Positions 27,784-40,856 of a stretch of DNA of 64,000 nt are shown here, one piece after another (the stretch's first letter is position 1; the number at the start of each line of letters is the position of its first letter). The stretch is from Podarcis bocagei. Taxonomy: Eukaryota. The notes beneath the pieces were generated by a model. That model was not told the origin of the DNA and did no database searches. It was given only the letters and a program-made list of their open reading frames with translations. Location: NCBI GenBank assembly GCA_964188305.1, contig OZ076886.1, one strand, 5' to 3'. Position numbers and translations under genes: made by a program.

Positions 27784-30700
27784 TTTGAATCCATAAATAT
27801 TTGTTACTGACAAAAGTGGAAAAAAATCCTTAAGACTCTAATATTTTTTATTTTTTTTTACTAAACCGGTAATAGTTTTGTTTACAGTACCTACAGAATG
27901 TGCTTTTACAGGTAAGTATAACAACAAGGATAATACAGAGAAAAACAGTCAAATACTGCTGCCTCGAAGCTTAATGCGTAACCAAGAGTCTGTGCAAAGA
28001 TACAGATAACAAATGTACTTTCTTGTCAGAACTACTGAAGAATAAACATGGATTCCATAAACTGGGCTAAAGCACAAAGAGGGCTAGACATTCAACCTTC
28101 CCCTCAGGAAATAGCTATCCCCCAAATTAAGCTGCTTACAATAAGATTTGGTTTCCTTGGAGAAGAGAAACTCTTGCTAAAGGATTCCTTGTCAGCTTAT
28201 GAAATGAAGGCTTGAAGAAGCGACTGCAAAGCATGTGGTTAGAGCAACAGTAAGGCGCAGTTCTACACCATTGGTGAGAACTTCCACAAATCATGAAAGG
28301 TCACAAAAAGAGACACCAAATGCCATTTTCGCTAACTAATGAGATAATGGACTTTTTAGTCCCCCCCTCCCCAGATTTACATAAATATAATAAGAACAGA
28401 ATATGTCTGTCTCCCTTCATTCTCACAGGCCTTTGGCAGATGAAGTATAATGTTTGGAAATGATTCCACCTGCTGCCTCTACAACTCAGTGAAGACACCT
28501 CAGAGATGATGCTGGACCATCCTGTTGATTAGCAGTAAACATACAACATACAGGTAGCTATTATTTGAGAACTGAGCCAATCCAGAGTTATTGCTGAGAT
28601 GTTTCTGGGAGAGCATTACATTAGTTTTTGAAGTTTTAACCCTTGTGAAAAATTAACACAGGGAACTGAGATGGTTCCAGTGGAGGTCAAGCTCAAGCTG
28701 GCTAACAAGTCACAGAGTTAGAACTGTTATCTTTGTTAATGTTCCTCAGCATCCAATAGATGGTTTATTGTGTGAAATGTGCCTTCCATATAGTCAGGGT
28801 AGGCCAGGATGACTGATATCTTTAGTTGTTCTGAATCAATAATCATTGTTTGCTGAATAGGAAACCATAGAGCAGGGCTGGGGTCCTCCTCCTCTCCAGG
28901 TATTTATGGACCAACTTCCATCAGGCCCAGCCAGGGTAGCTATAAGGGTCTGGGATGATGGGAGTTGTAGCCCAGCAACACCTGAAGGCTCCAAGGTTTC
29001 CCTGCCACAGGGTATTTTAACCACACTCTTTTGTTCACAACTTCAAGGCCACTCTCACGTCACTGCATGGCACCCACCTCTGCATTGCCAAATATGATGT
29101 TTGCACATTGTCACTTATACCAAGATGAACTAGAATCGGAGGGCTAATTATTCCAGGGCTTTTCTCCCTTTGCTTTCAGCTCACTTCAGCCTGTGATTAA
29201 CATTTGATTTAACATTTGACCATGGGAAGAAATGAGAATTTGAAGTGTGTTAAGGGGCTTGTATCTCAAGGCAAGAGATTCTTTAAAGAAGCAGGGCGAG
29301 TTCTTTCACCATTCTTACCCCCCAGCCCTGGAGCACCTCTTTCCTTCATACTCTCTTGCCCTCCAAACAAAACCCAGAAGAAGGATTTGGCTGCTTGATA
29401 GTTGCTCTATGTAGGCTGTCAGCTGGGTGGCTCACAGGCTGCATTGTGCACGTTGTCCAGAAGTGCAGGTAAGCAAAGGCAGCATTTGCAGTTCAGCCTA
29501 ACTAGGGGGAGAATGACTTCTTCCCCTTTAACCCTGCAACACTTTTGAAAACCAGGGAAGGAACCCTAAAACATACACACAGGGGGTGGGGAGCTGTATA
29601 GCTATATTAGCCCTGTTCAGTGAAACACATTTAGGAAATGACATTTCCTGTGCATGCATTAAGATTGTTTTCTGTTTCATGGACTTCCTTCTGTCTATTT
29701 GTTCTGAGGACTGCACTATTTTATGAGTTCATCTTGAACTCTTTCTCATTCTTCCCAGTCTTGTTATATACTTGAACCCAACCCAGAGGAGTGTAATGCG
29801 GCTTGGCCTGTGCAAGAACTGACCTACAGGGGATGCTATAATCACAGGAGGAACCAACCAAGGCAGCTGTAGGACAACCTACTCTTGCAAGTCACAGGTC
29901 AGAGAGGTGTTGCTGTTGGGTTTTGTTTTGTCTTTTTGCCTTACCCCTTTCCCTGGGAAAACTTGCAGTTTGCTGCTGAATTGGAAGAAATTTTGTTTGA
30001 GTTCCGGATTGGCGTTTGTTTCAATTCAGCAGTAAACAGTAGGTTTTCCTTGGGAAAGAAACCTTTCAGACTCGTGACTTGAATTCATGGGAGAAACTAA
30101 AGTGTGGATGGGCCCTGTGTCAGGGCTTGCTGTTTGTGTACACATAAGATATTGATTTCATGGTAGCCATTCTGGAAAATTTTGTTGGAAGGTCAATGTG
30201 ATAAAACGAAGGCTAAATAAAAACTAAAAATGGAAGTGCACACATTAAAATGTGCAATTTGAAACAAGCAAATATGTTATACAGGGATACTTCGCAGGGA
30301 GCTGTATTTGGCTCTGGTTCCCTGCCATGTGTGCACATGTTGCTGAACATAGGTGAAGCAACTAAAGGGGGAAAAAAAGGCTTTTTGACTGATTGTGGGG
30401 GAAGAACTGTCCATGCAGCCAGAAGTGCCTTTGAAATCTGCACTGTAGCGGCTCACTCAGCTACACAGACAAGCTCACATTTCAGTTAAAATTGGTTTGC
30501 CTTTAACTACAAATCTCTCCCGAACCCCACCTCTGGCTGCATACGTCGTTTTTGAGAGCCCTGTATTTTTGTGTAGAGCACTTGGATGTTTTTGTTTTAA
30601 CAATCGAGCAATATATAAAATTCTGTCAAGTAAACAAATAAAAAAATATTCATTCTAGTTCCCCATATGAGTAGATGAGAGAGATAATGGGGATGAATGT

Positions 30701-33700
30701 TCTAGCTTTGTCCTCTGTCGCTGTTGGGAAGGGCAAGTGTTTCTGATCTTTCCCATTTGAATATGCATATGTTTGTGTGCCATCTTCCTTAATGTACACA
30801 TTTTTGCAAAGCAGTTTCACCCATACATGCCTTTTTATGCACACTCCTCCAATATATGCATTTCTGTATACATTACTTGAATGGACAACTGCGTTGCAAA
30901 ATGCAGAGAACTGAATTTCTAAGGTTGGCTATGTTTTGGTTCACATATTGTTTCAGAAAGTATGAATTAGGTTGGTTCACCTTTAAATGCAAATGTCTCC
31001 CTTATCACTAATCTGCGTTCTCATTGCCCTCCATAAGTTGAAGGCAAATGTCTCCACCAGTAAACTGTCCTACTCATGTACGCTCCCCATGCAATTTAGT
31101 TTTAACTTGATTGGGGAGCCTATGTGAGCTCTATCCTTCCAACTTAGGGAGCATGACAGCAACAACAGTGGTGGTAAGGAGCTGGGGTACATCCCACTGC
31201 AGCCCACTGTTTCTCGTTGTGTGAGAGGTTCACAATCCAGTTATATGGGTATGTAGCTTTGTGGGGGATTGCAGTCCAAGTTTCCTGCTGTCTGTTGCCT
31301 TTGGAACCAACCATCCATAAAGCAACCCTTTCTCTGAATGTTTTCTGGAAACCATTAGGTTAAAAAACAACAACACCTTCCTGAGAAGTCCTCAAAGACT
31401 TTGTTGCTCTTATCAGAGTAGGGGAATTACTCCTGAAATGAGAAGGCTAAGGAGATGGCTCTGTGTTAGGCAGAAGAAACTGAACCGGTGAGATGTGATG
31501 AGGGAGATCTCTGCTTAGAGGAAACATGTCCATGTGGTTTATTTTTGTATTTCCCACCAAGCTAAAAGCTCACATACCACACCTGCATTGCAAGTCTTAG
31601 TTGTCCTGCTGCAGCACTGGATTAAGTCAGGGCTCCTTTCCTTCTCCCTGAAATCACTGAGTAGAGCTTAGGAACTGAGCCTTCACAATCTCAGGAGGAA
31701 GAAAACACATGGAAGAGCAAGATGGCCACTCCATAACCATTGTATATATATATAAAAAAGTTCAATAGCACACCTTCTCTTAGGGTTAGGATGTAAAATT
31801 CAGGTAAATGATAATATTTGTATTAAACCTACAGCAACACCTGCTGCTACTTGGAGATACCCTGGAAAAACTTGAATGGCTGCAAAATGCTGAAATGAAC
31901 ATGTGGGTCCTGCTTCAATGGCAGTAAGTAGTGACTCATTTCTTGCCTAAATTCAAAGTCTGGTTCTTATCTTGAAAGCCCTCAATGGACTGAGCCCAGA
32001 GTACTTGAAGGTGTATCCTTTGCAGTATGATCCTACATGCTTCTGAGGTCAACTGAAGAGGATTTCATGTGTAGTTTGATTCCTGGCTTTAGCTGAAGCC
32101 GATTTTGGGGAGAGTGCAGGGAAGGAGAGGCTGACTTTTGCTCGTGTGACGGTGGGTTTTGCCCTCTTTAGTGGAAAGGCAGGGATATAAATGGGGGAGG
32201 GGGGCTTTACTTAGGCAATATGTAGAAAATTTGGTATTCTCAGAACTTGAAGGACACTTGGCTTATCTACACTTCTCACAAGGTTAGTGCATCAACTCCC
32301 TCTGTCTCAAGCAGCATAGGAGCAATCACTAGTTTTAATGGGCTTGATATTAGGCAGCCTTACATCCAGATGTAAGTGGCTCTGAGACTGGATGCTAGCT
32401 GAACCATCTAACTTCAGAGAACAGTTGAGCCAAAGTAATCAGAACCGCTCACTTCCCTCGTCCACCTATCCTATAACACCTCTCTGAATCCAGCGAGCCA
32501 AATTGCAGGCAGTTGTGACTCCATGGAGATCTCACTTAGGGTAACACGAGGGCTCTGCATTTTCTTCAGAGGACTGTACTGGTGATCTCAGAAGGGTATA
32601 TGAGCTGTTGGGAGGCCAAGGCCTGCTTTGTATAGTATGCAGGCAGCATGGTTGCGCCACACACAAAAGGGCACTTCTGCAGCGTTTGAGGCCATGCGAT
32701 TCCCATAACATTGCGGCAACTGAGTGGATTCGTGGTCACACAGCTGCAGTTTGCAGCAGCAACCACAGTGCTTGCATCCTGTATAAAGGTGGCCCAACAG
32801 GCAGGAAAGGAGACCAACAGTGCTTTCCAGATTATTATTTCAGTAAAACAGGCCAAGAAGTGGCCTGAAAATGAGCCATACAATATTGGACAACAGAACA
32901 CCATTCTACTGGGAATTGTACAGATGGCCAGATTTGTGGTGACATTTGGGAAACAGAGTCCCCCTCAGTACTACTCTATGTGCCCCTGTGCTCTCATAAC
33001 TAGGCCTGTCTTGTCTACCTGTAGCATTTCATTGCTTGGGTCTGTATCCTTCCTCCTCTCCGATGCCTGCTTCACCCAGGTAACCAATGGTGCATTGGTT
33101 TACATCATGGCAAATCAGAATGACACACCTTATGTATTTGACACACCATATTCAAGATGGCACACAAGACTTTTGTTTCCGGAGAGGTTCTATAGCAGAC
33201 CCTCTCATAGGTCAACAGCTTTTATTGTCCATAGGGTTGGGCACCAGAGATGTTTGAAGATAACTATGCTCAGCATAAATTATGGAGAAAACTGCCTCTC
33301 CCTTTCCCGCTACTGTGTGACCATACCTGTGTGCATTGCAGTTAGTGGCAAACACTTCAGAGTGTATGCCTGTTGCTCAGGAATAGAACATAAGCAACGA
33401 TGGCTCGTGACCTTTGCCTTCTTCCCTTCTCAGCCCAGTTTCTGTTAAGCAAAGTACAGTGTTTCTTATGGCTCTGATCTGTGGCCTACGAACACAACAC
33501 ACCAATGAAAAGCAGCTCTGCAGTTGCTTTCGGCTGGTGCTGTACACAAAACTCCATTGGTAAAAAGGGACAGGATATCACTTTTCCAATGCATGCCTCT
33601 CTGAAAAAATGCAGAGAGAAAATAAAAGCTCATGAAGGGAAATTCCTGAGGCTGCCCAGTGAAGGCCACTAATGTCAGGAACTATTGTTCAATGCACATA

Positions 33701-35221
33701 TTTAGACTGTTTAGCTCTGTGGGATCCTATTTAATGCAGGAGCTCTACATCTCATTGTGCAGAACTGGAGCAAGACCTTGTAGCACGGGGATGCAAGTAT
33801 GCAGTGGAATGAGCCAATAGTCCAGGGTTTTTACACAGGCTCAGCCACTGCATGTAGCTGTTGGAACAGAGGTCAGGACCAGGCAGGGAGATGGGGTGTA
33901 CATGTCAATTAGAATTTACATCTGTTCCAAATATTCAAATTCCAACTAAAGTTGGACCTACAAATATTTCTTGGAAAGAGTTTACAGACACTCAGTGTCT
34001 AATTATCACTGTACAGTGGCTGTACAATGTGCCCAATTAGTATACAAGAGGAACAAGCACCTGCAGGATGAGATTAGGATGCAGCAAGACTGGCAGCCCA
34101 AAAATATTATTGGGCAGGAGGGATGAAAAGAAAAAGCTTTTGAAAACTGTATCTTTCCAAGAAATCCTGTAAAATAACTAGCCTTTCTGAAGATTTCCCA
34201 GGGGTAGCTGAAAGCTGCAGGCTGGCAAGAAGCCAAGCATAGATTGAGCTGTGATCAACTTTTCATGGCATGACAATCAGGCTACAGCTATTCCACATCT
34301 CTTGCAACTTGTCTATCTTCAACCACATCCTGGATGTAAAAATGGATGTGAAATGTTAGTGCCTCTTGTTGCAGAGAGAAGCAATTCTGTCCCATTTCTT
34401 TTCTAAAAAATATATTTACATGTTGGGAATTTACATACATGAGGATGGATGGAAGAAGTGGGGGGCTGGCAAACACCTATCAGCAGAATTGTGCTTATAA
34501 ACAAATCCACCTCACTCCTTCTACCACCCTGGAGGTTGGCAATCTTATAGGCACTGGAATAGTTCTGTTCTACAGTTACCTGTAAAACAATGTGGTTTTC
34601 CAACCGTGGCAGGCATTGTCACTCAGTCTAGGAGTTGGGTAACAGTGCTTGCCACTGGAATTTGCCCAATGACCTGGAAGAACCATGCTTAGGTGGACTG
34701 GAGTTTTTACTTTCTGTCTTAGAGAATGGACCTTGGCTGGAACCAGCCTAAGTTATGACTGCAGCTGACAGTCCTGGTAAAACTAAACCTCTGTCAAGCA
34801 CTAAGATCACAACCGAATCCCATTACGCCGGATTGGAAGGTTTGTCAATTTGGCCATATTACGCCAATTTTGTGTGAGATTGTTGTCAGTATGTCTTAAA
34901 GTCCTAGCCTGGCAACCCTAGAGAGTAGCTGCAGGCAAGCCCTTGAAAGGAGCCATAATCTGAATGGCTTTCCTTGACAGAAACTGGGCACGTCAGGACA
35001 CCTTACCTGCATCACCTCTCCCTGTTCAGGTTTTGTTTTTTCCTCTTTATGTCAATAACATGTAGATGAATTTCCAAAACAACACAGACAGGACTGTCGG
35101 AAGAGTCTGTCTTTTCAGACATAGAGTTAGAGGTTATCTTGGCCATAAGGCCACTGCAGTGTAGGGCACTGAAGCCACCCCGGTCCATAGATGGATTATC
35201 TACAATGCACAGTGTCTCTGA

Positions 35222-35775
35222 TCAAACAGTCACCTCTGTCTTGCTGGCTGTGCGGTAATGGTGGTGGTGCCCTGGGATATAGTGTAGCTGCTCCACTGTG
35301 TTGTGCCGCCGGGAGGCAAAGGCCTGGCGCTTGGCAGATGTTTGGTTCATACTCAAGGTGTTGTACAAGTTATTTGAGGCACTGGGATGGGAGTGCATCT
35401 TAGTCATCCGATAGCGATCCAAGACAGGCGTCGAAACAAAGACGTCTGAGTGCGACAAAGCCCGCGACATGGACTGCTCTCCGAAACCCGAGTGCTCTGG
35501 AGACAGCAGCGGGTCTTGGGAGTGGAGGCGCTCGGTGGATAGCAGCTGTTCGTCAGAGAGGATCCGCTCGTAAGACATGCTGAACTCCTCCGGCATGATC
35601 CTCTCTGGGGACAGCACTCGGTCCTGGGACATGGCCCGCATCACGCGGCGCGGCCGCTCCCTCTGAGTGGTCTGTTTCTGGGAGAGCTGGATGACGTTGA
35701 GAGGGAGGGTCCCTCTGGCCGCCAAGTCTGGGAGGTGCCTCTTTCTGGAGTAATACTCCTCAGCTTCCTTGTCAG
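35222..35775 (-). CDS. SHISA6: SHISA6 (CKAMP52) terminal coding exon
   Basis: Acceptor ccttcctccacacag|CT (phase 1). Encodes (T)DKEAEEYYSRKRHLPDLAARGTLPLNVIQ...ILSDEQLLSTERLHSQDPLLSPE...RRHNTVEQLHYIPGHHHHYRTASKTEVTV*, ending in a PDZ-binding EVTV. Confidence 0.95.
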
Positions 35776-36294
35776 CTGTGTGGAGGAAGGAGATGGGAAA
35801 GATAACGTTAAGGCTTTGCAAAAGTGTTAAGAAAGGGTGGAAGGCATTTTTTTAAAAAAGGTATGTCAATATGGTAAATGTGCAATGCAGGAAGTAATCT
35901 AGAGTGCTGCCATCATGCGGAACATCAATGGCTACTCCACTTGTGGAATATACAATTTTGCATATGGAGGATTTTTTTTACAAATCGTAGTAAAACCCCT
36001 TAGAGTGGAATGGAGACCAGCACTTCCTCAGCAGCTCTTTCCCACATCTTTATTAATTGCCACTTCTAATAGGGATGAGGAACCTGGGGCCTTCCAGTTG
36101 CTGTTGGATCCCCTTGGGGCCAATGACCAGGGAGGTGATTGAGAGATGGCCGGAGGGGCACACGTTCCCCATCCCTGATTTATAATACGCTATTACAAAA
36201 ACTATTTAAACTGCTAGGACAAAAGAGCTGCAGAAGACAGTTATATTCCCTGTGAAATATTTCATGTGCTCACTGGTGCTTAATTTCAACTGTA

Positions 36295-36649
36295 CAGTGG
36301 TGCCTTGCAAGACGAAATTAATTCGTTCCGCGAGTTTTGTCGTCTTGCGATTTTTTTCGTCTTGCGAAGCACGGTGTTGGGAAAGTTTTGGAAAAGCTTC
36401 AAAAATCACCAAAGTCTTTAAAAACCTCAAAAAAGGCTACCACACCGCGTTCTATGAGTTGCTCCTCGAAGTCAAGTCGCAACTGTATTAGCGGTGTTAA
36501 GAAAAAGGAAACAAACTTGCAAGACGTTTCTGTCTTGCGAAGCAAGCCCATAGGGAAAATCGTCTTGCGAAGCAGCTCAAAAAACAAAAAACCCTTTCGT
36601 CTAGCGAGTTTTTTGTCTTGCGAGGCATTCGTCTTGCGAGGTACCACTG
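36295..36649. mobile_element. Tigger/pogo-like MITE (355 bp)
   Basis: TA|CAGTGGTGCCTTGCAAGACGAA ... TTCGTCTTGCGAGGTACCACTG|TA, with many internal GTCTTGCGA repeats and retained CpGs. Confidence 0.9.
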
Positions 36650-37449
36650 TATTGGTGATAGAATCTGTCCCCTCCCAGGTCATGTTGCAGCACTAAACTA
36701 TGGAAGAAATGGAAGGACGTATGTGACAGAATTCGCTACAAGTGGACCAAGCATCAAACTCGCCCATAATTGACCTGTCTGAACTCTTTGCAAAGCAGTC
36801 TTGCTTGCAGCAACTCTCTGTGGATTTCTCAGATACCATTTTTTCTATTTTTTAAATGACAATATTTGTTCCAATACTAATCATCACGTTTGATCTGCTC
36901 ACTGGGTGCTGCTGAAATGTGTTTTCACTTTAACTTCTGTCTCATTGATTCACTGTTGATGTGACTATGTTGGCATTAACCACCATTAACATTCACTGCT
37001 TTATTGTTAACCTGTCTCTCACTTTTTGCCCCTGTGACTTAGGCAAACATACACAGAAAGTGCAGTCATTGTCTTTCGTCATAATGTGAATCTGATGCAT
37101 ATTTTTTATAATAATCAGTTATTTTTTCTGTGATGCTGTTATGCTTATTACTTTTCAATAATAACCCATGCAAAAATATAAACTGCATTTTTTGTTCTCT
37201 TTTCTGGGCTAAGTGTGGGTGGGGTTTTTGAGATGTGGTGGAGGAATCATGAACTCACAAGTGCCCCAAAATCTGTCCTGTTCTAGAACTAAGCTTTTTT
37301 GGTGGGAGGAAATAAACAGCACCCCCAGTCAGCACCCCAACAAAATGCATTTACCTCCTCCACCGCCACCCATCTTGCATCACTAAATCTTTAAAATGCA
37401 TTCATTTTCCAGTTCTGAGAATGACTACTCATGATCATTCCTATATATA

Positions 37450-38076
37450 CCGTATTTTTTGCACCATAACACTCACTTTTTTCCTCCTAGAAAGTAAGGG
37501 GAAATGTCTGTGCGTGTTATGGAGGGAATGCCTACGGGTGGCGGGGGGGGGGTGTCTACTGCAGTCGTGAGCAGAGGATCCATGGTTCCCCTTCCTTCCC
37601 TCCTCCGTGGCTCGCTTTGAAACAGCAAAGCGGGAGAAGAGCTGCTGAGTGGGGAGGAGAGAGGGACAGAGAGCCTGCTTGCTTTAAAGGAGCAAAGCGG
37701 GAGAGGAGAGGAGCCTTCTCCCCTTATACCCTCTTCTTCATTATTAGCAGCATCCTTCTCCACCCACCCCACGCATGCTTCTTCTGCCCTTAAACCCCTC
37801 TTCTGCATTATTAGCAGCATCCTTCTCCTTGTCCCTTGAGTGCTTTTCCTTCCCTCCCCCCTTAAAACATGGTTACAAAGCACGGATCCACATGGATCCT
37901 CAGGATTTTTGCATTTGGCTACTCCAAACTCACTGTCAGATCACATGTCTGTGGCCACAGCATGAACCACAAAAATCATACACACACTGTTTCATTTAGA
38001 ATTTTTTTTTGTTTTCCTCCTCTAAAAACTACGTGCGTGTTATGGCCGGGTGCGTGTTATAGAACGAAAAATACGG
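37450..38076. mobile_element. Non-autonomous Tc1/mariner-pogo element (627 bp)
   Basis: TA|CCGTATTTTT...ATAACAC ... GTGTTATAGAACGAAAAATACGG|TA, with subterminal TGCGTGTTAT repeats. Confidence 0.85.
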
Positions 38077-40520
38077 TACATTCAGCTAACATGAATTTCT
38101 CTGAATCATTCTACAAAATCCCTATCCATCAACTTAAGCCACTTCCCCTACAATTCCAGCAGAGTGAAAGTCAGCTTCCCTATCCCCTAATTTCTGAACA
38201 TATAGCTTGCTTGCTTATGGTAATGTGCACACACCGTCCTTCATAGGTCAGTTCAGGCATCAATTACTGGGACCACATACACGCCATACATTTAAAGCAC
38301 TATGAATACCACTTTAAAGAGTTTTTGCTTTCCCCAAAGAATTCTGGGAACTGTAGTCAGTTAAGGGTGCTGATCAGTCCCTTCCCATAGCTATAATTTC
38401 CAGAGCGGTTTAACAATCAACAGGGAACTCTAGGAATTGTAGTTCTTTTAGGGGACCCTTAGACTACAGCTCCTATGAGTCTTTGGAGGAACCCATGATT
38501 GTTTAAAGTGGTGGCTTTAAATGAATGGTGTGAATGGGGTATGGGGTCCTCCCTTCCGTCTCCCTGGCCATCAGATCCAACAGTCATTCTGAAGCAGAAC
38601 CCAGCTAAAAGTTTGTCCGAGGGTGGTTTACAATATAAAAACACAAGAACACATAACATGGTAACAAACGGAAACAACAACCCCTGCTAAAGACAACAAC
38701 TTCTTCAAAAACACATAGACATACATACAGAATTTAGATTTCTGTTTTAACCTAGTCCAGTTATAGCTCACACTTGCAGTACCTCACTTTGTATCACCCT
38801 TTACAAGGTTTCACTTACTTTGGAAAGCACAGTTAGTCCAAGGGGATCTTGCAGTGACCATCAGACTGCTAGAGTTAAAGGGATGAGCAGAAGCCTCCTG
38901 TGATGTATCTCTTGCAGGGGCTGTACCAATCAGACCACAGGTGGGATGTCAACATAAAGTAATGCAAAATTGTCACGTTGGAGGAAAGGCTTGCCTAGAA
39001 TAATCTCCTGGACATGCTAGTTATACAGAAAGTATTTTATGCATGGAATAAAACATTTAATCCCCTACCTGCAGTCTGAAATGGTATAGACCAGTAATGG
39101 ATATATCCAGTGGGACTTCTACTTGTCTGTTTTTGCTATTACAGCTTAAAGTGTTTTCTGCTGAGCAGTATACACAACAAAGAGTTACAATGCTGTGCTC
39201 CAAAAACATATGGATCAAGAAGAGTACTGGCTGGAAAAGTAACAGTGGGAGGAGGCACCTATTCTGAAGCCTTTGCATTGGATAAATGATTGAATACCCG
39301 AGAGAGCATAAACAGCGTTATCAGTAATAAGGTCAAAGCATTAATCAATAATAGACTAAGATGCTGTGAGGTATACTTGGTGGCCTCAGTGAGAAACAGG
39401 GCTGAGCTGAAATGTAAGCCCCAACTTTGCAGTCTCATTTACAGGCTGTAAAGCTGAACCTGCTATACTGATATTTGGGGTGGGCGGGAAGAGTGGACTG
39501 AAAAATGGGCAAAGTTCATTCATTGTGCCAGGAAAAAGGAGACAGAAATGCACCCTTGTGTTTCCAAACAATGTGGGGATTGCATGGTGTGCTAAAGCTT
39601 CCCAACCCACAGCTGGCCCCACACATTGTCTGGGCAATTGGGCAAACGTCACAACTTCCTGCGCAGTAACTTGCAAGACACAGCTGAAAAATATGGAGAG
39701 CTGCAACTATGGTGCACCTGTGTGCCTCTAGACCTAGAGGGCCACATATCGCCCCACCCCTGGCCTATGCAACATGGGAGACTCTTCAAACACTGAGCCA
39801 ATTCATAGTGCTAGAAGCTAGGACAGTCTGCCTCTGTCATCCAGGCAACTGGGTGACAGAAGCACACTCCCTCCACCTTTCTAGTGACTCAGTGTAAGAA
39901 GATAGGCTGAGTTACTCCACTCAACTGCCTTGGCAATTAAACTCTTCTCCCTATAGCTGCTCTTGGTGTGCTGCAGCCTCACTTCTACTGAGAAGTTTGT
40001 GAATTGTCACAGAAGAAAAAAAGAAAAGGAAGGATACATTGTGAGGGCTCGGGCAGTAAAGTATGCCACAATTCATACCCTGCCCCCCAAATCTGCCCAA
40101 AATTATTAAAGTGGCAATACTTTGGCTTAGGCCTCATGCCAATCCAATGTCCCTAATGCAGTGAGACAAATCAATTGCCACTGTTTGGACCAGGGTATTT
40201 AGTTCACAATTTTGGATGCAGCGACCTGCCCCAGAGTACACAGGAAGAGCTAAAAATAGCAGGGATCTATTCGGGGAAGGGGCGTGTCAAGGGCTAAACT
40301 GCACTGTTCTTATTCTTGAATTTAAAAAAATGAATGGAAAGCTGGGTGGGCTTTAATAGGGAGGGACACCAAACACATGCTTGGTCAATAAGAAACAGCC
40401 TAGAAAAGAGGCTGCTGAGGTGCTATCTGTGCAAATTATCCTCCACCCTGATGTGAAAGAGCAAGCTCACTTCAGAAGGAAAGGACAATGAAATAAGGAT
40501 CACCCAGCCAAAGATTCTCA

Positions 40521-40856
<336 letters not shown>

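Noticed and set aside
32711-33448. 245-aa ORF on the + strand
   Set aside because: It has a non-ATG start and no recognisable homology or exon structure, and it lies antisense within the probable SHISA6 3'UTR. Likely a chance ORF.
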